From Alphaproteobacteria bacterium 43-37 (GTDB taxonomy: Bacteria; Pseudomonadota; Alphaproteobacteria; 43-37): 64,000 nucleotides of DNA. Of this stretch, positions 47,754 to 58,354 are shown piece after piece. The DNA is taken from NCBI GenBank assembly GCA_001897475.1, contig MKSY01000026.1, positions 25,324 to 89,323 of the forward strand, in the 5' to 3' direction. Under the pieces are notes generated by a model that worked only from the letters and a program-made list of their open reading frames with translations, did not search any database and was not told the DNA's origin. A program made the translations under genes and the position numbers. Every line of letters starts with the position of its first letter. The first letter of the stretch is position 1.

Positions 47754-50171
47754 TTATGCTCTTGCCAAATTTGATTCTTCTTGTCCCAAGGGTTTGGAAG
47801 TGACCGAACTTTCACCATTATCAAGCTGTGGCGGAAGGGGCTTTAAGTCTTCTTGAAGGGCATATTTTAGCACATTATCCGCAGCTTTGAGAGGGATGAT
47901 TTCGAAGCTGTTTTTAACCTCTTGAGGAATTTCCTCTATATCTTTGAGGTTATCCTCGGGGATAATGACTCTTTTAATACCAGCCCTATGTGCAGCAAGA
48001 AGCTTCTCTTTTAACCCTCCAATCATGAGGACTCTACCACGTAGCGTGATTTCACCAGTCATGGCTGTATCGCGTCGCACAGGGATGCCTGTGAAAGCTG
48101 ATACAACTGAGGTAAAGATAGTAATCCCGGCTGATGGACCGTCTTTAGGTGTCGCACCTTCGGGAACGTGAACATGGATATCTTTCTTGTCAAAGATATC
48201 GTGGGGGATGCCAAATTCTCGTGCGTGGGCTCGAATAAAACTTATAGCTGCTTGGACAGACTCTTGCATGACCTCGCCGAGTTTTCCGGTGATGGTAATT
48301 TTGCCTTTTCCGGGAAGGATGGCTGCTTCAATCATTAATAATTCGCCGCCAACCTCGGTCCAAGCAAGACCGGTTGTGACACCAATTTGGTTGGCTTCTT
48401 CTGCTTCAGAGTGTTTGAAGCGAGGGACTCCAGCAAATTTTTCAAGTGTGTCAACTGTGACTTCAATGGACGTGTTCGTGGGGGAAGCTAATTCTTTCAC
48501 TGCCTTGCGCGCGAGATTTGCCAGTTCGCGCTCGAGGTTTCTAACGCCGGCTTCACGTGTGTAATTGCGGATAAGCTTGTAGATCGCATCGTCGTTAACG
48601 GTCCACTCATTAGTTTTGAGCCCATGGGATTCGCGATGCTTTGGGATCAAGTGTTGTTTGGCTATCTGCAATTTCTCTTGTTCTGTGTAGCCGGAAATAC
48701 GAATGATCTCCATGCGATCCAAAAGCGGTTGTGGCATCCTCAATGAGTTGGCTGTGGTGACAAACATAACGTCTGATAAATCATAATCAACTTCAAGATA
48801 GTGATCATTGAAGGCGTTGTTTTGCTCTGGGTCCAAAATTTCCAACAGAGAGGATGAGGGGTCGCCTCGCCAATCTGAGCCAAGTTTATCAATTTCATCC
48901 AGCAAGAAAAGCGGGTTAGATGTGCTAGCCTTTTTCATCCCTTGAACAATTTTGCCCGGCATAGAGCCAACATATGTGCGGCGGTGGCCGCGAATTTCAG
49001 CTTCATCTCTAACACCGCCTAATGAAAGGCGAACGAAATTCCGCCCCGTAGCTTTCGCAAGGGACTTTCCGAGAGATGTTTTACCTACGCCTGGAGGTCC
49101 AACTAAGCACATGATGGGGCCTTTTAATTTGCCAACGCGATTTTGCACGGCCAGATGCTCCAAAATGCGCTCTTTAACTTTATCCAGGCCGTAATGGTCG
49201 GCGTCTAAGATACGTTTAGCATGCTCTAAGTCACGCTTGATTTTGGTGCGTTTTTTCCATGGGATGGAAACCATCCAATCTAGGTAGTTGCGAATAACCG
49301 TGGCTTCCGCCGACATGGAGCTCATGGTCCTTAGCTTTTTGATTTCTGAAAAGGCTTTTTCTTTAGCTTCAGCTGTAAGCTTGGTTTTTTCAATGCGCTC
49401 TTCGATTTCCGAAATTTCATCGCGACCATCTTCACTTTCGCCGAGTTCTCTTTGAATGGCTTTCATTTGTTCATTCAAATAATACTCGCGTTGTGTTTTT
49501 TCCATCTGTTTTTTGACGCGGTTGCGGATCCTTTTCTCCACGTTCAAAACGCTGATTTCACTCTCCATGAGGCTATAAATTTTCTCCAATCGATTTTCGA
49601 CATTGCTGATCTCAAGGATTTTTTGCTTTTCAGAGAGCTTTAATGTGAGGTGAGATGCAATGGTATCGGCGATACGGCTGGGATCATCAACCTGACTGAC
49701 AGATGAGCTGACATCTGGGGGGATTTTCTTGTTCAGCTTTACATATTGATCAAACTGCGAATGAACGGCTCGGGAAAGAGCTTCAAGCTCTTGAGAAGCA
49801 TGAATCTCATCAGGAATCTCTTCCACATAAACTTGATGAAATGCATCATTGTCCGCGTATTGCAAAATGCGCGCTCTTGGGCCACCTTCAACCAATACTT
49901 TCACAGTGCCATCCGGGAGCTTTAGGAGTTGAAGAACCGTACCGATGGTCCCAATGGAGAAGATGTCGGCCGGGTTTGGTTCATCATCCGAAGGATTCTT
50001 TTGGCTAACCAGGAATACCTTTTTCTGTTCCTTCATCACATCTTCGAGCGCGCGAACAGATTTTTCGCGACCAACAAAGAGTGGAACAATCATATGTGGG
50101 AAAATGACAATATCCCGAAGAGGCAGAAGTGGAAAGAGGTTGTCTGATTTAATGCCAATCACAGTAAACAC
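47754..50171 (-). CDS. lon: ATP-dependent Lon protease
   Basis: It has an N-terminal Lon domain, an AAA+ Walker A (GPPGVGKTS) and a protease Ser-Lys dyad ([10 protein letters not shown]). Confidence 0.95.
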   Translation of the reverse strand: MFTVIGIKSDNLFPLLPLRDIVIFPHMIVPLFVGREKSVRALEDVMKEQKKVFLVSQKNPSDDEPNPADIFSIGTIGTVLQLLKLPDGTVKVLVEGGPRARILQYADNDAFHQVYVEEIPDEIHASQELEALSRAVHSQFDQYVKLNKKIPPDVSSSVSQVDDPSRIADTIASHLTLKLSEKQKILEISNVENRLEKIYSLMESEISVLNVEKRIRNRVKKQMEKTQREYYLNEQMKAIQRELGESEDGRDEISEIEERIEKTKLTAEAKEKAFSEIKKLRTMSSMSAEATVIRNYLDWMVSIPWKKRTKIKRDLEHAKRILDADHYGLDKVKERILEHLAVQNRVGKLKGPIMCLVGPPGVGKTSLGKSLAKATGRNFVRLSLGGVRDEAEIRGHRRTYVGSMPGKIVQGMKKASTSNPLFLLDEIDKLGSDWRGDPSSSLLEILDPEQNNAFNDHYLEVDYDLSDVMFVTTANSLRMPQPLLDRMEIIRISGYTEQEKLQIAKQHLIPKHRESHGLKTNEWTVNDDAIYKLIRNYTREAGVRNLERELANLARKAVKELASPTNTSIEVTVDTLEKFAGVPRFKHSEAEEANQIGVTTGLAWTEVGGELLMIEAAILPGKGKITITGKLGEVMQESVQAAISFIRAHAREFGIPHDIFDKKDIHVHVPEGATPKDGPSAGITIFTSVVSAFTGIPVRRDTAMTGEITLRGRVLMIGGLKEKLLAAHRAGIKRVIIPEDNLKDIEEIPQEVKNSFEIIPLKAADNVLKYALQEDLKPLPPQLDNGESSVTSKPLGQEESNLARA

Positions 50172-50293
50172 CTTTGGAGCTATTCTACATACGTATGATA
50201 GGTTTTCTCGTGGGGTTTTAGCAATAAAATTTTTGTCTTAAGAGTATTTTGCTGCTTTACGGCAAAGAAAGGTTTGAAAAATATTGCTTTCGA

Positions 50294-50806
50294 TTAAATT
50301 ATATGCTTGCGCAAAAAGACATAAAAAGCCCCAGTGCCACCATCCGAAGGCTTTGCTTGTGAGGTTTGTCGAATCATTGGCTGAATTTCCGGCAATTGTA
50401 GGGCTTGGAGTAGCAGTACTTTTAAAGCCCCAGGGTTAGAGCGTCCTTTGCCTGTGATTACCAAAATACACCCAAAATGTTTTTGATGGGCAGCGCTGAT
50501 AAAGCGAATGATTGCATTAAGCGCCTCTTTCTTATTCATGCCGTGCAAGTCGAGAGATGCATCGTATCTTACTTTTCTCTGAGATTTTCTAGAAAGAATT
50601 GTTGTTTCAAACGTTAGAATGGGCAAATCGCCCAGAGCAAAGGGTGTATTTTTTGTGGGTTCTTGAGCTTGTGGTATGGGGGTGACTGTTGCAGTTTTAT
50701 CGCTATGGATAGGGCTGACGGACTTGAGGAATTGCTCCCATTCCAATCGATCGTCTTTTGATTTTGAAACGTTGTTTTTAAAGAATGAGGCAAATTTTCG
50801 ACTCAT
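50294..50806 (-). CDS. Smr-domain protein
   Basis: LDLHGMNKKEALNAI...ILVITGKG is the Smr (MutS2 C-terminal-like) motif. Confidence 0.6.
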   Translation of the reverse strand: MSRKFASFFKNNVSKSKDDRLEWEQFLKSVSPIHSDKTATVTPIPQAQEPTKNTPFALGDLPILTFETTILSRKSQRKVRYDASLDLHGMNKKEALNAIIRFISAAHQKHFGCILVITGKGRSNPGALKVLLLQALQLPEIQPMIRQTSQAKPSDGGTGAFYVFLRKHII

Positions 50807-50820
50807 TGTAGCATTTCGCT

Positions 50821-51651
50821 CTAACGCATTAGGTCTGGCTTAACAGCAATAAGGCCAACGCTTTCACGGCCATCATGGCGAAGTGCTTCGGGAAATTCGG
50901 GTCTGGAGATAAAATGGCATGTTTCAATTTTAAAGCCAGCATCAATAAAAAATTGGCTTAATGTGTCGGGGTCGTGGAAGTTCAGCATGTCAGGAAAATA
51001 GGGGGAGCGAGTGGGAGCGATATGGTGAGGATCTGTTAGCAGTCCAGGTGCTTCTACGCCAGCTTTCTTGCGTGCTTCAAAATATTGAACAAAGTTTAGC
51101 CAGTATTTAAGATAAGGAGATTCGACCGTAACAAATACTTTCCCTCCAGGTTTTAACCATTGATAAAGCTTTTTTGCCGCGGCGGCTGTTTGGTGATCAT
51201 CCATGAAATTAAATACTCTTGCGACTAAGATATGTTGAAAGGTGTTGTCCTCAAAAGGAGTGTGATCGGGAAACCTGTTAACGACCGTGGTCAACCGCTT
51301 TTTGTGATGATTCAAGGTTTGCTCTTCAAGTACCGCTATATGTCGTGGCTCAATATCTAAAGCGGTAACGGTGAGTTCTTTTTCTAAACAAAGGCTCGAA
51401 ATGTAGCCATAGGCGCACCCAACATCTAAGATTGGCCCACGAGCAGGGTCTGACTGATCGATAAATGCTGTGGTGATTTCGTCAAGGTAAAGAAGCATAT
51501 CTCCCATTTTATTCAACGTAGGGATACGCATACCGTTATTAGGTGGGACAGTTTGAATGGCATTGGCTTTTGACATCAAGTGTGGGAGCATGAAGATGCA
51601 ACAAAAAAATATTAAGCTGATTTTTCTAAGGCAGCAAAATACTCTCTGCAC
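50821..51651 (-). CDS. Class I SAM-dependent methyltransferase
   Basis: ILDVGCAYGYIS (motif I) and a Rossmann-like fold pattern. Confidence 0.6.
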   Translation of the reverse strand: MQRVFCCLRKISLIFFCCIFMLPHLMSKANAIQTVPPNNGMRIPTLNKMGDMLLYLDEITTAFIDQSDPARGPILDVGCAYGYISSLCLEKELTVTALDIEPRHIAVLEEQTLNHHKKRLTTVVNRFPDHTPFEDNTFQHILVARVFNFMDDHQTAAAAKKLYQWLKPGGKVFVTVESPYLKYWLNFVQYFEARKKAGVEAPGLLTDPHHIAPTRSPYFPDMLNFHDPDTLSQFFIDAGFKIETCHFISRPEFPEALRHDGRESVGLIAVKPDLMR

Positions 51652-51691
51652 TGTTTGCCTCCAAAATATAATTCACTAAATATACCAACCA

Positions 51692-52555
51692 TTAGGGGTT
51701 CTGCAAGCCCTCGATTGAAAGTATGCTATTCAGCCCTTCTTTAAAAGTTGGATGAATTAGCTTTTTTATGAGAGTATGTTTAATTTTTGCATTCGATACT
51801 CGTTTACTTGCTTGGTAAAACTGTAAAGCCGTTGGGGTTAGTGTGGCATTTTCAAATGAAATGGGTTCAGGTCGTGGTAGTCTCAATAGTTCGGCGGCAT
51901 ATTCAAGAACTTGTTGAGGAGAAGCTGGCAAGTCATCGCTAACATTATAGGTGGATCCAGGTTCTGGAGAGAGCATGGAATTAATTAGTACTTCCACAAT
52001 ATCATCGACATGTATGCGAGAAAAAACGATGTTTTCTTTGATGATGTTTCGTGCTGTGCTATTTCGAATGCGGTCCAATACGTTTCTTCCTGGGCCATAA
52101 ATGCCACTGAGTCTAAAAACATGAACCGGTAGCCCGTATTCATGAAATAAAGATAGCCAGGCCTGCTCGGCGTATAAACGGTTCTTGCCAAGCTGAGTGG
52201 TCGGACAAGGGTCTGTCATCTCATCCACCCATCCTCCGTCCGCATCGCCGTATATGTTTGTGGCTGATAAATACCCTATCCACTGAGCATTGGATTTTAG
52301 CAATGATTCTTTTAGAGGCTGGCATCCATCTGTCCCATCTTCGTGTGGTGGCGTGGAAATCAGAAGATTTTGGCAGTGTTGTAAAGCTTGGCATAATTCA
52401 CTGGAAATTGATTTTCCGTCAAAAATGAGGTGGCCTTTTCCAGGTGTTCTTCGGCTACCAGTAACGCTGACTCCGGAAAGTTTAAGTCGATTCTTGAGGT
52501 GATTGGCAACGTAACCTAAGCCAAGGCAAAAAACGTCAGAAATCAAGGTTTTCAT
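51692..52555 (-). CDS. NAD-dependent epimerase/dehydratase (SDR) family protein
   Basis: It has an N-terminal GxGYVANHL glycine-rich NAD-binding motif and is about 287 aa. Confidence 0.6.
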   Translation of the reverse strand: MKTLISDVFCLGLGYVANHLKNRLKLSGVSVTGSRRTPGKGHLIFDGKSISSELCQALQHCQNLLISTPPHEDGTDGCQPLKESLLKSNAQWIGYLSATNIYGDADGGWVDEMTDPCPTTQLGKNRLYAEQAWLSLFHEYGLPVHVFRLSGIYGPGRNVLDRIRNSTARNIIKENIVFSRIHVDDIVEVLINSMLSPEPGSTYNVSDDLPASPQQVLEYAAELLRLPRPEPISFENATLTPTALQFYQASKRVSNAKIKHTLIKKLIHPTFKEGLNSILSIEGLQNP

Positions 52556-53204
52556 AGTGTTTTGAAGGTAGTAAGGGGGGGAATTTGTCCTGCAAGATTT
52601 GCCGGAAAGAGGGTCTGGATTTTATGCGTGCATACCAGTCCTTGGCATTTGTATTTTTTTCCCAAGGAACATCGCCGAGGTAATCAATGCAGGATAATTG
52701 AGCGGCTGCGGTGATATCGGCAAGTGAGAGTTGATCTCCAGCGAGCCAGCACCGCCGATCAATAAGCCAGCCGATGTATTCAAGGTGGTCAATAAGTCTG
52801 GCTTGGCCTTCACGAATGCGTGCTGATTCAGGGCCGCCGAGGCCAAAATATCGCTTAAGCGTTTTTTGAAAAACCAAATTTAAAGTCACTTCGTCATAAA
52901 ATTTTGTTTCGAACCAGCTGACTAGTCGTCTGGCCTCTGCGCGCTCGCTAGGGCTTTTGGGTAATAAGGGAATGTCTGGGTAAGCTTCTTCGAGGTACTC
53001 ACCAATCGCTATGCTCTCAACTGCGATTGAGCCATTTAAATCAACCAACACAGGTGTTTGACCATTGGGGTTGATTTCAATAAAATCAGCAGGTTTTTCC
53101 CAGATTTTGACAAATTTTAACGTAAAATCCAGGTGTTTCTCGGCCATTTGTATGCGAATTTTTCGGGAGAAAGGGCAAAGCCATGTGTGGGTTAAGGTGC
53201 GCAT
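52536..53204 (-). CDS. Glutathione S-transferase
   Basis: It has an N-terminal thioredoxin-like GST domain (CPFSRKIRI...NPNGQTPVL) and a C-terminal helical domain. Confidence 0.7.
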   Translation of the reverse strand: MRTLTHTWLCPFSRKIRIQMAEKHLDFTLKFVKIWEKPADFIEINPNGQTPVLVDLNGSIAVESIAIGEYLEEAYPDIPLLPKSPSERAEARRLVSWFETKFYDEVTLNLVFQKTLKRYFGLGGPESARIREGQARLIDHLEYIGWLIDRRCWLAGDQLSLADITAAAQLSCIDYLGDVPWEKNTNAKDWYARIKSRPSFRQILQDKFPPLLPSKHYENLDF

Positions 53205-53341
53205 ATTTAGGTTTATGGTTAGATTCTAGGTTTAACTTACTTTTGTCTAGTGCTCTGATAATAAGACACTACCATAAATCACTTTTACGTGGGAGGAAAG
53301 TGTTCTACAACAGAAACGCTATATTTTTTAAGGGGAAGTAG

Positions 53342-54139
53342 ATGGAGCTAATTCACATCATTGTATTGAGTGTGATTCAAGGGATTGCAGAATTTTTCCC
53401 TGTCAGCTCAAGTGCTCACTTGATCTTGCTTCCTTTGGTTATGGGGTGGGAAGATCAGGGGATTGTTGTAGATGTTGCTGGGCATCTTGGAACATTGCTC
53501 GCTGTAGTTGTTTATTTTAGGGGTGATGTTAAAGATTTATTCGTTGAGTTTATACGATCGTTTCCCACAAAGAAGGTGCCAAGACGGTGCATGATGCTTC
53601 TGGTAGCCAGTATTCCAATTTTTATTTTAGGGTACTTTTTTAAGCCATATATCGCCATGTTACGCTCGGCCATGGTTATTGGTATAGCGGGAATCGTTTT
53701 TGGGTCATTGATGGGGATAGTGGATTATGTCCGCCCAAAAACCCAAAAATTGCCCACAATGACATATCTTCATGCCTTCCTAATTGGGTGCGGGCAAATT
53801 TTTGCCCTTATCCCCGGGGCTAGTCGTTCTGGCACAACGATTACAGTCTCTCGATGGCTTGGGTATGCAAGAAAAGAAGCGTTAACATTTACATTTTTGC
53901 TGTCTTTACCCATTACGTTGGCCGCTGTAGTGCTATCCTTTTTTGATGCTTGGAAGGAAGGGGTCGCTCTTGCTGAGCAAAGCCTTGTCATTGTAACGAT
54001 TGTATCAGCAGTTGTGGGCTATGGGGTCTTAGCTTTAGTAATGCGCATGGGCCAGTTTATTACATTCATCCCATTTGCAGTATACCGTATAGCGCTTGGT
54101 ATTGTGGTTCTATGTTTAAGTTATTTTAAGCTTATATAG
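53342..54139 (+). CDS. uppP: Undecaprenyl-diphosphatase
   Basis: It is a multi-TM protein with the BacA motifs (IQGIAEFFPVSSSAHL; PGASRSGTTI). Confidence 0.85.
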   Translation: MELIHIIVLSVIQGIAEFFPVSSSAHLILLPLVMGWEDQGIVVDVAGHLGTLLAVVVYFRGDVKDLFVEFIRSFPTKKVPRRCMMLLVASIPIFILGYFFKPYIAMLRSAMVIGIAGIVFGSLMGIVDYVRPKTQKLPTMTYLHAFLIGCGQIFALIPGASRSGTTITVSRWLGYARKEALTFTFLLSLPITLAAVVLSFFDAWKEGVALAEQSLVIVTIVSAVVGYGVLALVMRMGQFITFIPFAVYRIALGIVVLCLSYFKLI

Positions 54140-54336
54140 AGAGTTTAGGGTTCTTTGCAAGATACCGAATACGCATTCGAAAACTCTTTTCCTCGACTTA
54201 AAACATGAGCGCCACTATGATGGTGAGGGCTGGCTTGAGTCAATCCTGTTCCTGGTGTACGATACATGATTAATAAATCATTAAGGATTTTTAGGATATC
54301 TTGTACATAAGTTTTAAAAACTAAGGATCACCTTAA

Positions 54337-54879
54337 ATGTTGTCGAGATTTGTTTTATTGGCTTCTGCCTTGATTTTTGTGAGTGGTTTGTCGGCGCAAC
54401 CCGCAAATAGCGGTTCAAATACTCAAACGCCCGTGCAAAATGTAGATCCAAACAGCTTTTTTTGTTCATTTGCCTGTACGCCAGGTGCGTGTGCTGTAAG
54501 CCAACAAATTTTCGATCGCTGTAAGAAATGTCCGCAGTCTCAGGTGGCCGGTTGCCTTATGGCTGCCTCTGGCGTTTCTATTGATGCGGCGAGAACAGCA
54601 ATGAATGCAGGGACGATGTTGCCGCCGCCAGGTAATTGCCCAACATTGGCTGCAAAAGGTGGTGATGGTGCTGTTAAGCAGTTGAATAGCAAAGATGCTC
54701 CTGATGATGGTAATGATGATCACGATGGTGCTAGTGATGATGACGATGATAAGAAGGACGATTCAGAGAGCTCGGATTCAAGCTCGGATGAAGACTCTTC
54801 TGATGAGGATGATAAGAAGGATGATTCCGACTCAGACTCAAGCTCTTCAAATGATTCTGATAGTGAGGATGACCAGTAG
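54337..54879 (+). CDS. Secreted protein with a Cys-rich N-domain and a poly-acidic Ser/Asp repeat tail
   Basis: It has a signal peptide, eight Cys in about 80 aa, and then DDGNDDHDGASDDDDDKKDDSESSDSSSDEDSSDEDDKKDDSDSDSSS. Confidence 0.5.
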   Translation: MLSRFVLLASALIFVSGLSAQPANSGSNTQTPVQNVDPNSFFCSFACTPGACAVSQQIFDRCKKCPQSQVAGCLMAASGVSIDAARTAMNAGTMLPPPGNCPTLAAKGGDGAVKQLNSKDAPDDGNDDHDGASDDDDDKKDDSESSDSSSDEDSSDEDDKKDDSDSDSSSSNDSDSEDDQ

Positions 54880-54909
54880 GTCGTAAAATCTAATTTCTCA
54901 GGTTCAATA

Positions 54910-54941
54910 AAAAACGCCTCAAGTATTTGAGGCGTTTTTTT
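54910..54941. terminator. Bidirectional rho-independent terminator
   Basis: AAAAACGCCTCAAGTATTTGAGGCGTTTTTTT is a perfect 10-bp stem flanked by A- and T-runs. It lies between convergent genes. Confidence 0.55.
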
Positions 54942-54985
54942 AGTTAGGTAGGTTCTGTGATATTAACGTTACGTTTATGGCCCAC

Positions 54986-56137
54986 CTATGATTGAATGGT
55001 TCGAGAGTACTCTCGAAATATGTGTGCAATCGTCATTAAAATTAAGACAGGATAAATATACTGTAAGATTGGTCCCATGATGCCTAAAATTTTTCCGAAA
55101 CCTAAAAACACAGCAATGAAATAGCTAATTGCTAAGCTTATAATGAGTTTAATAAAGTAGGGTGTGTTTTCCAATATGTTCAGGCTTTTAAGAGTGTCCA
55201 TCCAGCAGATGGTTAGCGCAACGGATGTTGTTAAGCATGAAAATACAATGGTTAGAGAAAAAGCAACGCTTGCAGCGGGGCCAAGGGCGTGCTGAGCGAT
55301 GATGGGTAAAATTTCGACTTCCGGAGCATTGCATATTAAGTTGGCATATTTTGTTCCAAGGTACATAAAGCAAATGTATATCGCGCTTAAAATGCCTGCC
55401 CCAATGACGCAAGCTGCAAAGCCATCTTTGAGTAAGTTTTCTGAAGTGTTTTTGGTCGTATTTCGAAAGAAACTCATGATTGCGGCTGCGAAGAAGATGG
55501 CTGCAGTTAGATCCATGGTGTTATAGCCATTCATGGCGCCGGAGCTAAAGCTATTAAAGGCATTGCAAGGAGGCAAATTTGTGGATGGTGCCCAGTATAG
55601 GCCTAATATAATGAGTAAGAGAATGAGTGAAAATTTTATAGGTGTGAGGAATTTTCCGATAATGGGAATAATTTTATCCTGCCGAAATGTTAGTAAGAGG
55701 AGTACTATGATGAATATTCCTGCAAATATATATTCAGGCAACGCGGTATCAACGTATTTATAAGAGCCATAGCTAACGCTGATGCAGCGGGGTATAACGC
55801 CAAATGGGCCAATAAGAGAAATGATAAACAATTGAAGTGCTGCACTTAACTTGCTCCCAATCATTGAGGGGAGTTGGTTTTTGATGCCCATTTTTGAGCC
55901 CAAATATTCCGCAGATAGTGTGATGATGTTAAAAAATTTCTTGCTGTCGCCTTTAAGGAGTACGATCGCCATAAGCCCTAAGAAGGGAACGAGAACTGCC
56001 GTTAAGAAAAAACCACTCATAGCAAAGGCCCACATGTCGCCAGATACTCGGCCTAAGCTTAGAGGAAAGACAATGTTGCCTGAGCCAAAAAACATCGCAA
56101 AAATTGCAAAACCGGCTAAAATTATTCGGCGTCTCAT
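54986..56137 (-). CDS. brnQ: Branched-chain amino acid transport system II carrier protein
   Basis: It has 12 TM segments and an N-terminal FAMFFGSGNIVFP LIVCS motif. The start is taken at Met14. Confidence 0.75.
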   Translation of the reverse strand: MRRRIILAGFAIFAMFFGSGNIVFPLSLGRVSGDMWAFAMSGFFLTAVLVPFLGLMAIVLLKGDSKKFFNIITLSAEYLGSKMGIKNQLPSMIGSKLSAALQLFIISLIGPFGVIPRCISVSYGSYKYVDTALPEYIFAGIFIIVLLLLTFRQDKIIPIIGKFLTPIKFSLILLLIILGLYWAPSTNLPPCNAFNSFSSGAMNGYNTMDLTAAIFFAAAIMSFFRNTTKNTSENLLKDGFAACVIGAGILSAIYICFMYLGTKYANLICNAPEVEILPIIAQHALGPAASVAFSLTIVFSCLTTSVALTICWMDTLKSLNILENTPYFIKLIISLAISYFIAVFLGFGKILGIMGPILQYIYPVLILMTIAHIFREYSRTIQS

Positions 56138-56619
56138 AAAGCTACTTTCTCTTAAAAGAATTGCTACCAAAATCAAAACACGATTTTTTGATGCTAAAAA
56201 ATCAAAAGCTTATAATCAAGTAAATATTTTGATGATTTCTAGGCAAAAGACATAATTCTTAATTTAGATGTTTTTGTTTTGTAATTGATATTCATGAAGA
56301 AATGAAAGTAACTCTTGGTAAGGCGTGTTGCGCATTATGCGACGAAATGGGGTGCCTTAAGTAAAATTTACGAATAGGCGTTTTTTGTGGATGAAAATTT
56401 TTTGCCTAAAAAATAAAAAATTAACTGAAACTTAACGTAAAATTTGAGATAATTTTTAAGGGTTAAAACTGAACAAAAGCGGGCATTTGAGTGATTTTCC
56501 CATTGACTCCCATTTATACCCATGTTATCCCAGTTACGGGTCAATTCGTCTATTCTTTATGTATCGTGATTTGCCCTTTTTGTGTTCTTCTTTTAAGTGA
56601 CCACGGGTTAATAATTTTT

Positions 56620-57096
56620 ATGCCAATTTTTTTGTCAACCTTTATCAACAAATTGGATAAAAAGGGTCGCGTCTCTGTTCCTGCAGCATTTCGGTCTGCT
56701 CTCTCCGCGGAAGCATTCCAGGGGGCTGTGGCCCTTCGGTCATATGCTGTTCCGGCTATCGAGGTATTCGGGGGGAGCGTTATGGAGCGGTTGGTTTCTC
56801 AAGTCGATCATATGGATATGTTTTCCGAAGAGCGTCAAAATTTTACAGCCACATTATTCGCTGATTCAGAACTGTTGTCTTTTGATTCTGAGGGGAGAAT
56901 AGCTCTTTCTGAAGTTTTGCTTAACCATGCACAAATTCATGAGAAGGTGGCTTTTGTAGGGTGTGGCACCCATTTTCAGATTTGGGAGCCTGGAATTTTT
57001 GAGGCAGTGCGTGAAAAAGCAAGGCAAAAGCTCAAAGAAGAAGGTCTGGCTCTTCCATTGAAAAACTTAGGGAAAGTACCTGGAGGCGAGCGATGA
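56620..57096 (+). CDS. mraZ: Transcriptional regulator MraZ
   Basis: MPIFLSTFINKLDKKGRVSVPAAFR is the MraZ N-terminus. It is the first gene of the dcw cluster. The start is refined from the longer ORF in the track. Confidence 0.85.
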   Translation: MPIFLSTFINKLDKKGRVSVPAAFRSALSAEAFQGAVALRSYAVPAIEVFGGSVMERLVSQVDHMDMFSEERQNFTATLFADSELLSFDSEGRIALSEVLLNHAQIHEKVAFVGCGTHFQIWEPGIFEAVREKARQKLKEEGLALPLKNLGKVPGGER

Positions 57097-58013
57097 TCCA
57101 TTTTCCCGTTATGTGCAATGAGGTTATATCGTTTTTGCCGTTACACAAAGGAGCGATCATTGTAGATGGAACATTTGGGGCTGGAGGCTACTCTAAGGCT
57201 ATTCTGGAAAACGCAGATGTTGCTGTCATTGGTATTGATCGCGATCCAGAAGCTGTTAAGCGTGGCCATGAGCTTGAGGCAAAATTTGGTGCGCGATTTC
57301 GCATACTCGAAGGCTCCTTTAGCTGTATGAAGTCATTGTTGGCTCAAGCTGGGGTTGCAAAGGTGGATGGTATCGTGTTGGATTTAGGGGTTTCTTCTCC
57401 GCAAATCGATCAAGCTGAGCGTGGCTTTTCTTTTCAAACAGATGGACCTTTGGATATGCGGATGTCAGCGCATGGGCAAACGGCGGCAGATGTCGTGGAA
57501 AGTCTGTCCGAAGAGGAATTAGCTCGAATTATCTGGGAATATGGTGAAGAGAAAAAATCAAGGCGGGTTGCTAGGGCCATTGTTTCGTTTCGCGAAACGG
57601 CGCCTATCAAGAGAACACAAGTTTTGGCTGATCTGGTGCGTGGCGCTGTTGGTTACACGCCGGGTATCGATTCGGCAACTCGAACCTTTATGGCGTTACG
57701 GATTTACGTTAACCAAGAACTGGAAGAGCTGCATGCTGTTTTAAAAGCATCAGAAGACATTTTAACGCCTCACGGTCGTATCGTGGTTGTGACCTTCCAT
57801 TCTCTTGAAGATCGGATTGTCAAAAATTTCTTAAAGGCAGATACAACGTCTTTGTCACGCTACTCACCGAGTATGGAAATTGGCTCAAAAACGATGTGGA
57901 AGGTGCTTACCAAGAAACCGTTGTCGCCTTCAAATGAAGAGTTGGTTATTAATCCCAGATCAAGATCAGCAAAGCTGAGAGCAGCAGAGTATATTGGGAG
58001 TGGCGTATCGTGA
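57093..58013 (+). CDS. rsmH: 16S rRNA (cytosine1402-N4)-methyltransferase
   Basis: It has DGTFGAGGYS and VLDLGVSSPQID motifs, and lies between mraZ and ftsL. Confidence 0.9.
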   Translation: MIHFPVMCNEVISFLPLHKGAIIVDGTFGAGGYSKAILENADVAVIGIDRDPEAVKRGHELEAKFGARFRILEGSFSCMKSLLAQAGVAKVDGIVLDLGVSSPQIDQAERGFSFQTDGPLDMRMSAHGQTAADVVESLSEEELARIIWEYGEEKKSRRVARAIVSFRETAPIKRTQVLADLVRGAVGYTPGIDSATRTFMALRIYVNQELEELHAVLKASEDILTPHGRIVVVTFHSLEDRIVKNFLKADTTSLSRYSPSMEIGSKTMWKVLTKKPLSPSNEELVINPRSRSAKLRAAEYIGSGVS

Positions 58014-58354
58014 AATTTGCACCCGTCATATTTTTAGGATTTGCTATTTTGCTTGGTGTGGTTCTGTTCCAAGTAAAATACCGAGTGTCTGCTTTGGAGT
58101 TAGAGTATGCGACGCTTCAAAGAAATATTCATGATGGCCAAGAGTCCATAAAAGTTTTACAGGCAGAGTGGAGCTATTTATCTGAGCCTCAAAGGTTACA
58201 GAAATTGTCGGAAAAATTTTTATCTTTAAAACCTATGCAATCAGGGCAAGTGGTCGATTTGGCTGAAGTTATGCGGGTTGTTGAAGAGGAAAATATTGTT
58301 CAAGCCGTTCTCAAGGGAAATGTAGTTGTGACGGAGGAACCGGATGGATCTTAA
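58010..58354 (+). CDS. ftsL: Cell division protein FtsL
   Basis: It is a small single-TM protein with a coiled coil, located between rsmH and ftsI. Confidence 0.6.
   Translation: MKFAPVIFLGFAILLGVVLFQVKYRVSALELEYATLQRNIHDGQESIKVLQAEWSYLSEPQRLQKLSEKFLSLKPMQSGQVVDLAEVMRVVEEENIVQAVLKGNVVVTEEPDGS

Noticed and set aside
47944-50241. Several 60-125-aa plus-strand ORFs lie inside lon (for example 48187-48564 and 48952-49194).
   Set aside because: They are antisense to the strongly supported lon gene and have no independent signals.
54466-54886. ORFs 54466-54723(-) and 54695-54886(+) overlap the acidic-tail gene.
   Set aside because: They are alternative frames of the GAT/GAC/TCx repeat. The Met/Ile/Arg-rich translations (MLLMMVMMITMV...) are typical repeat artefacts.
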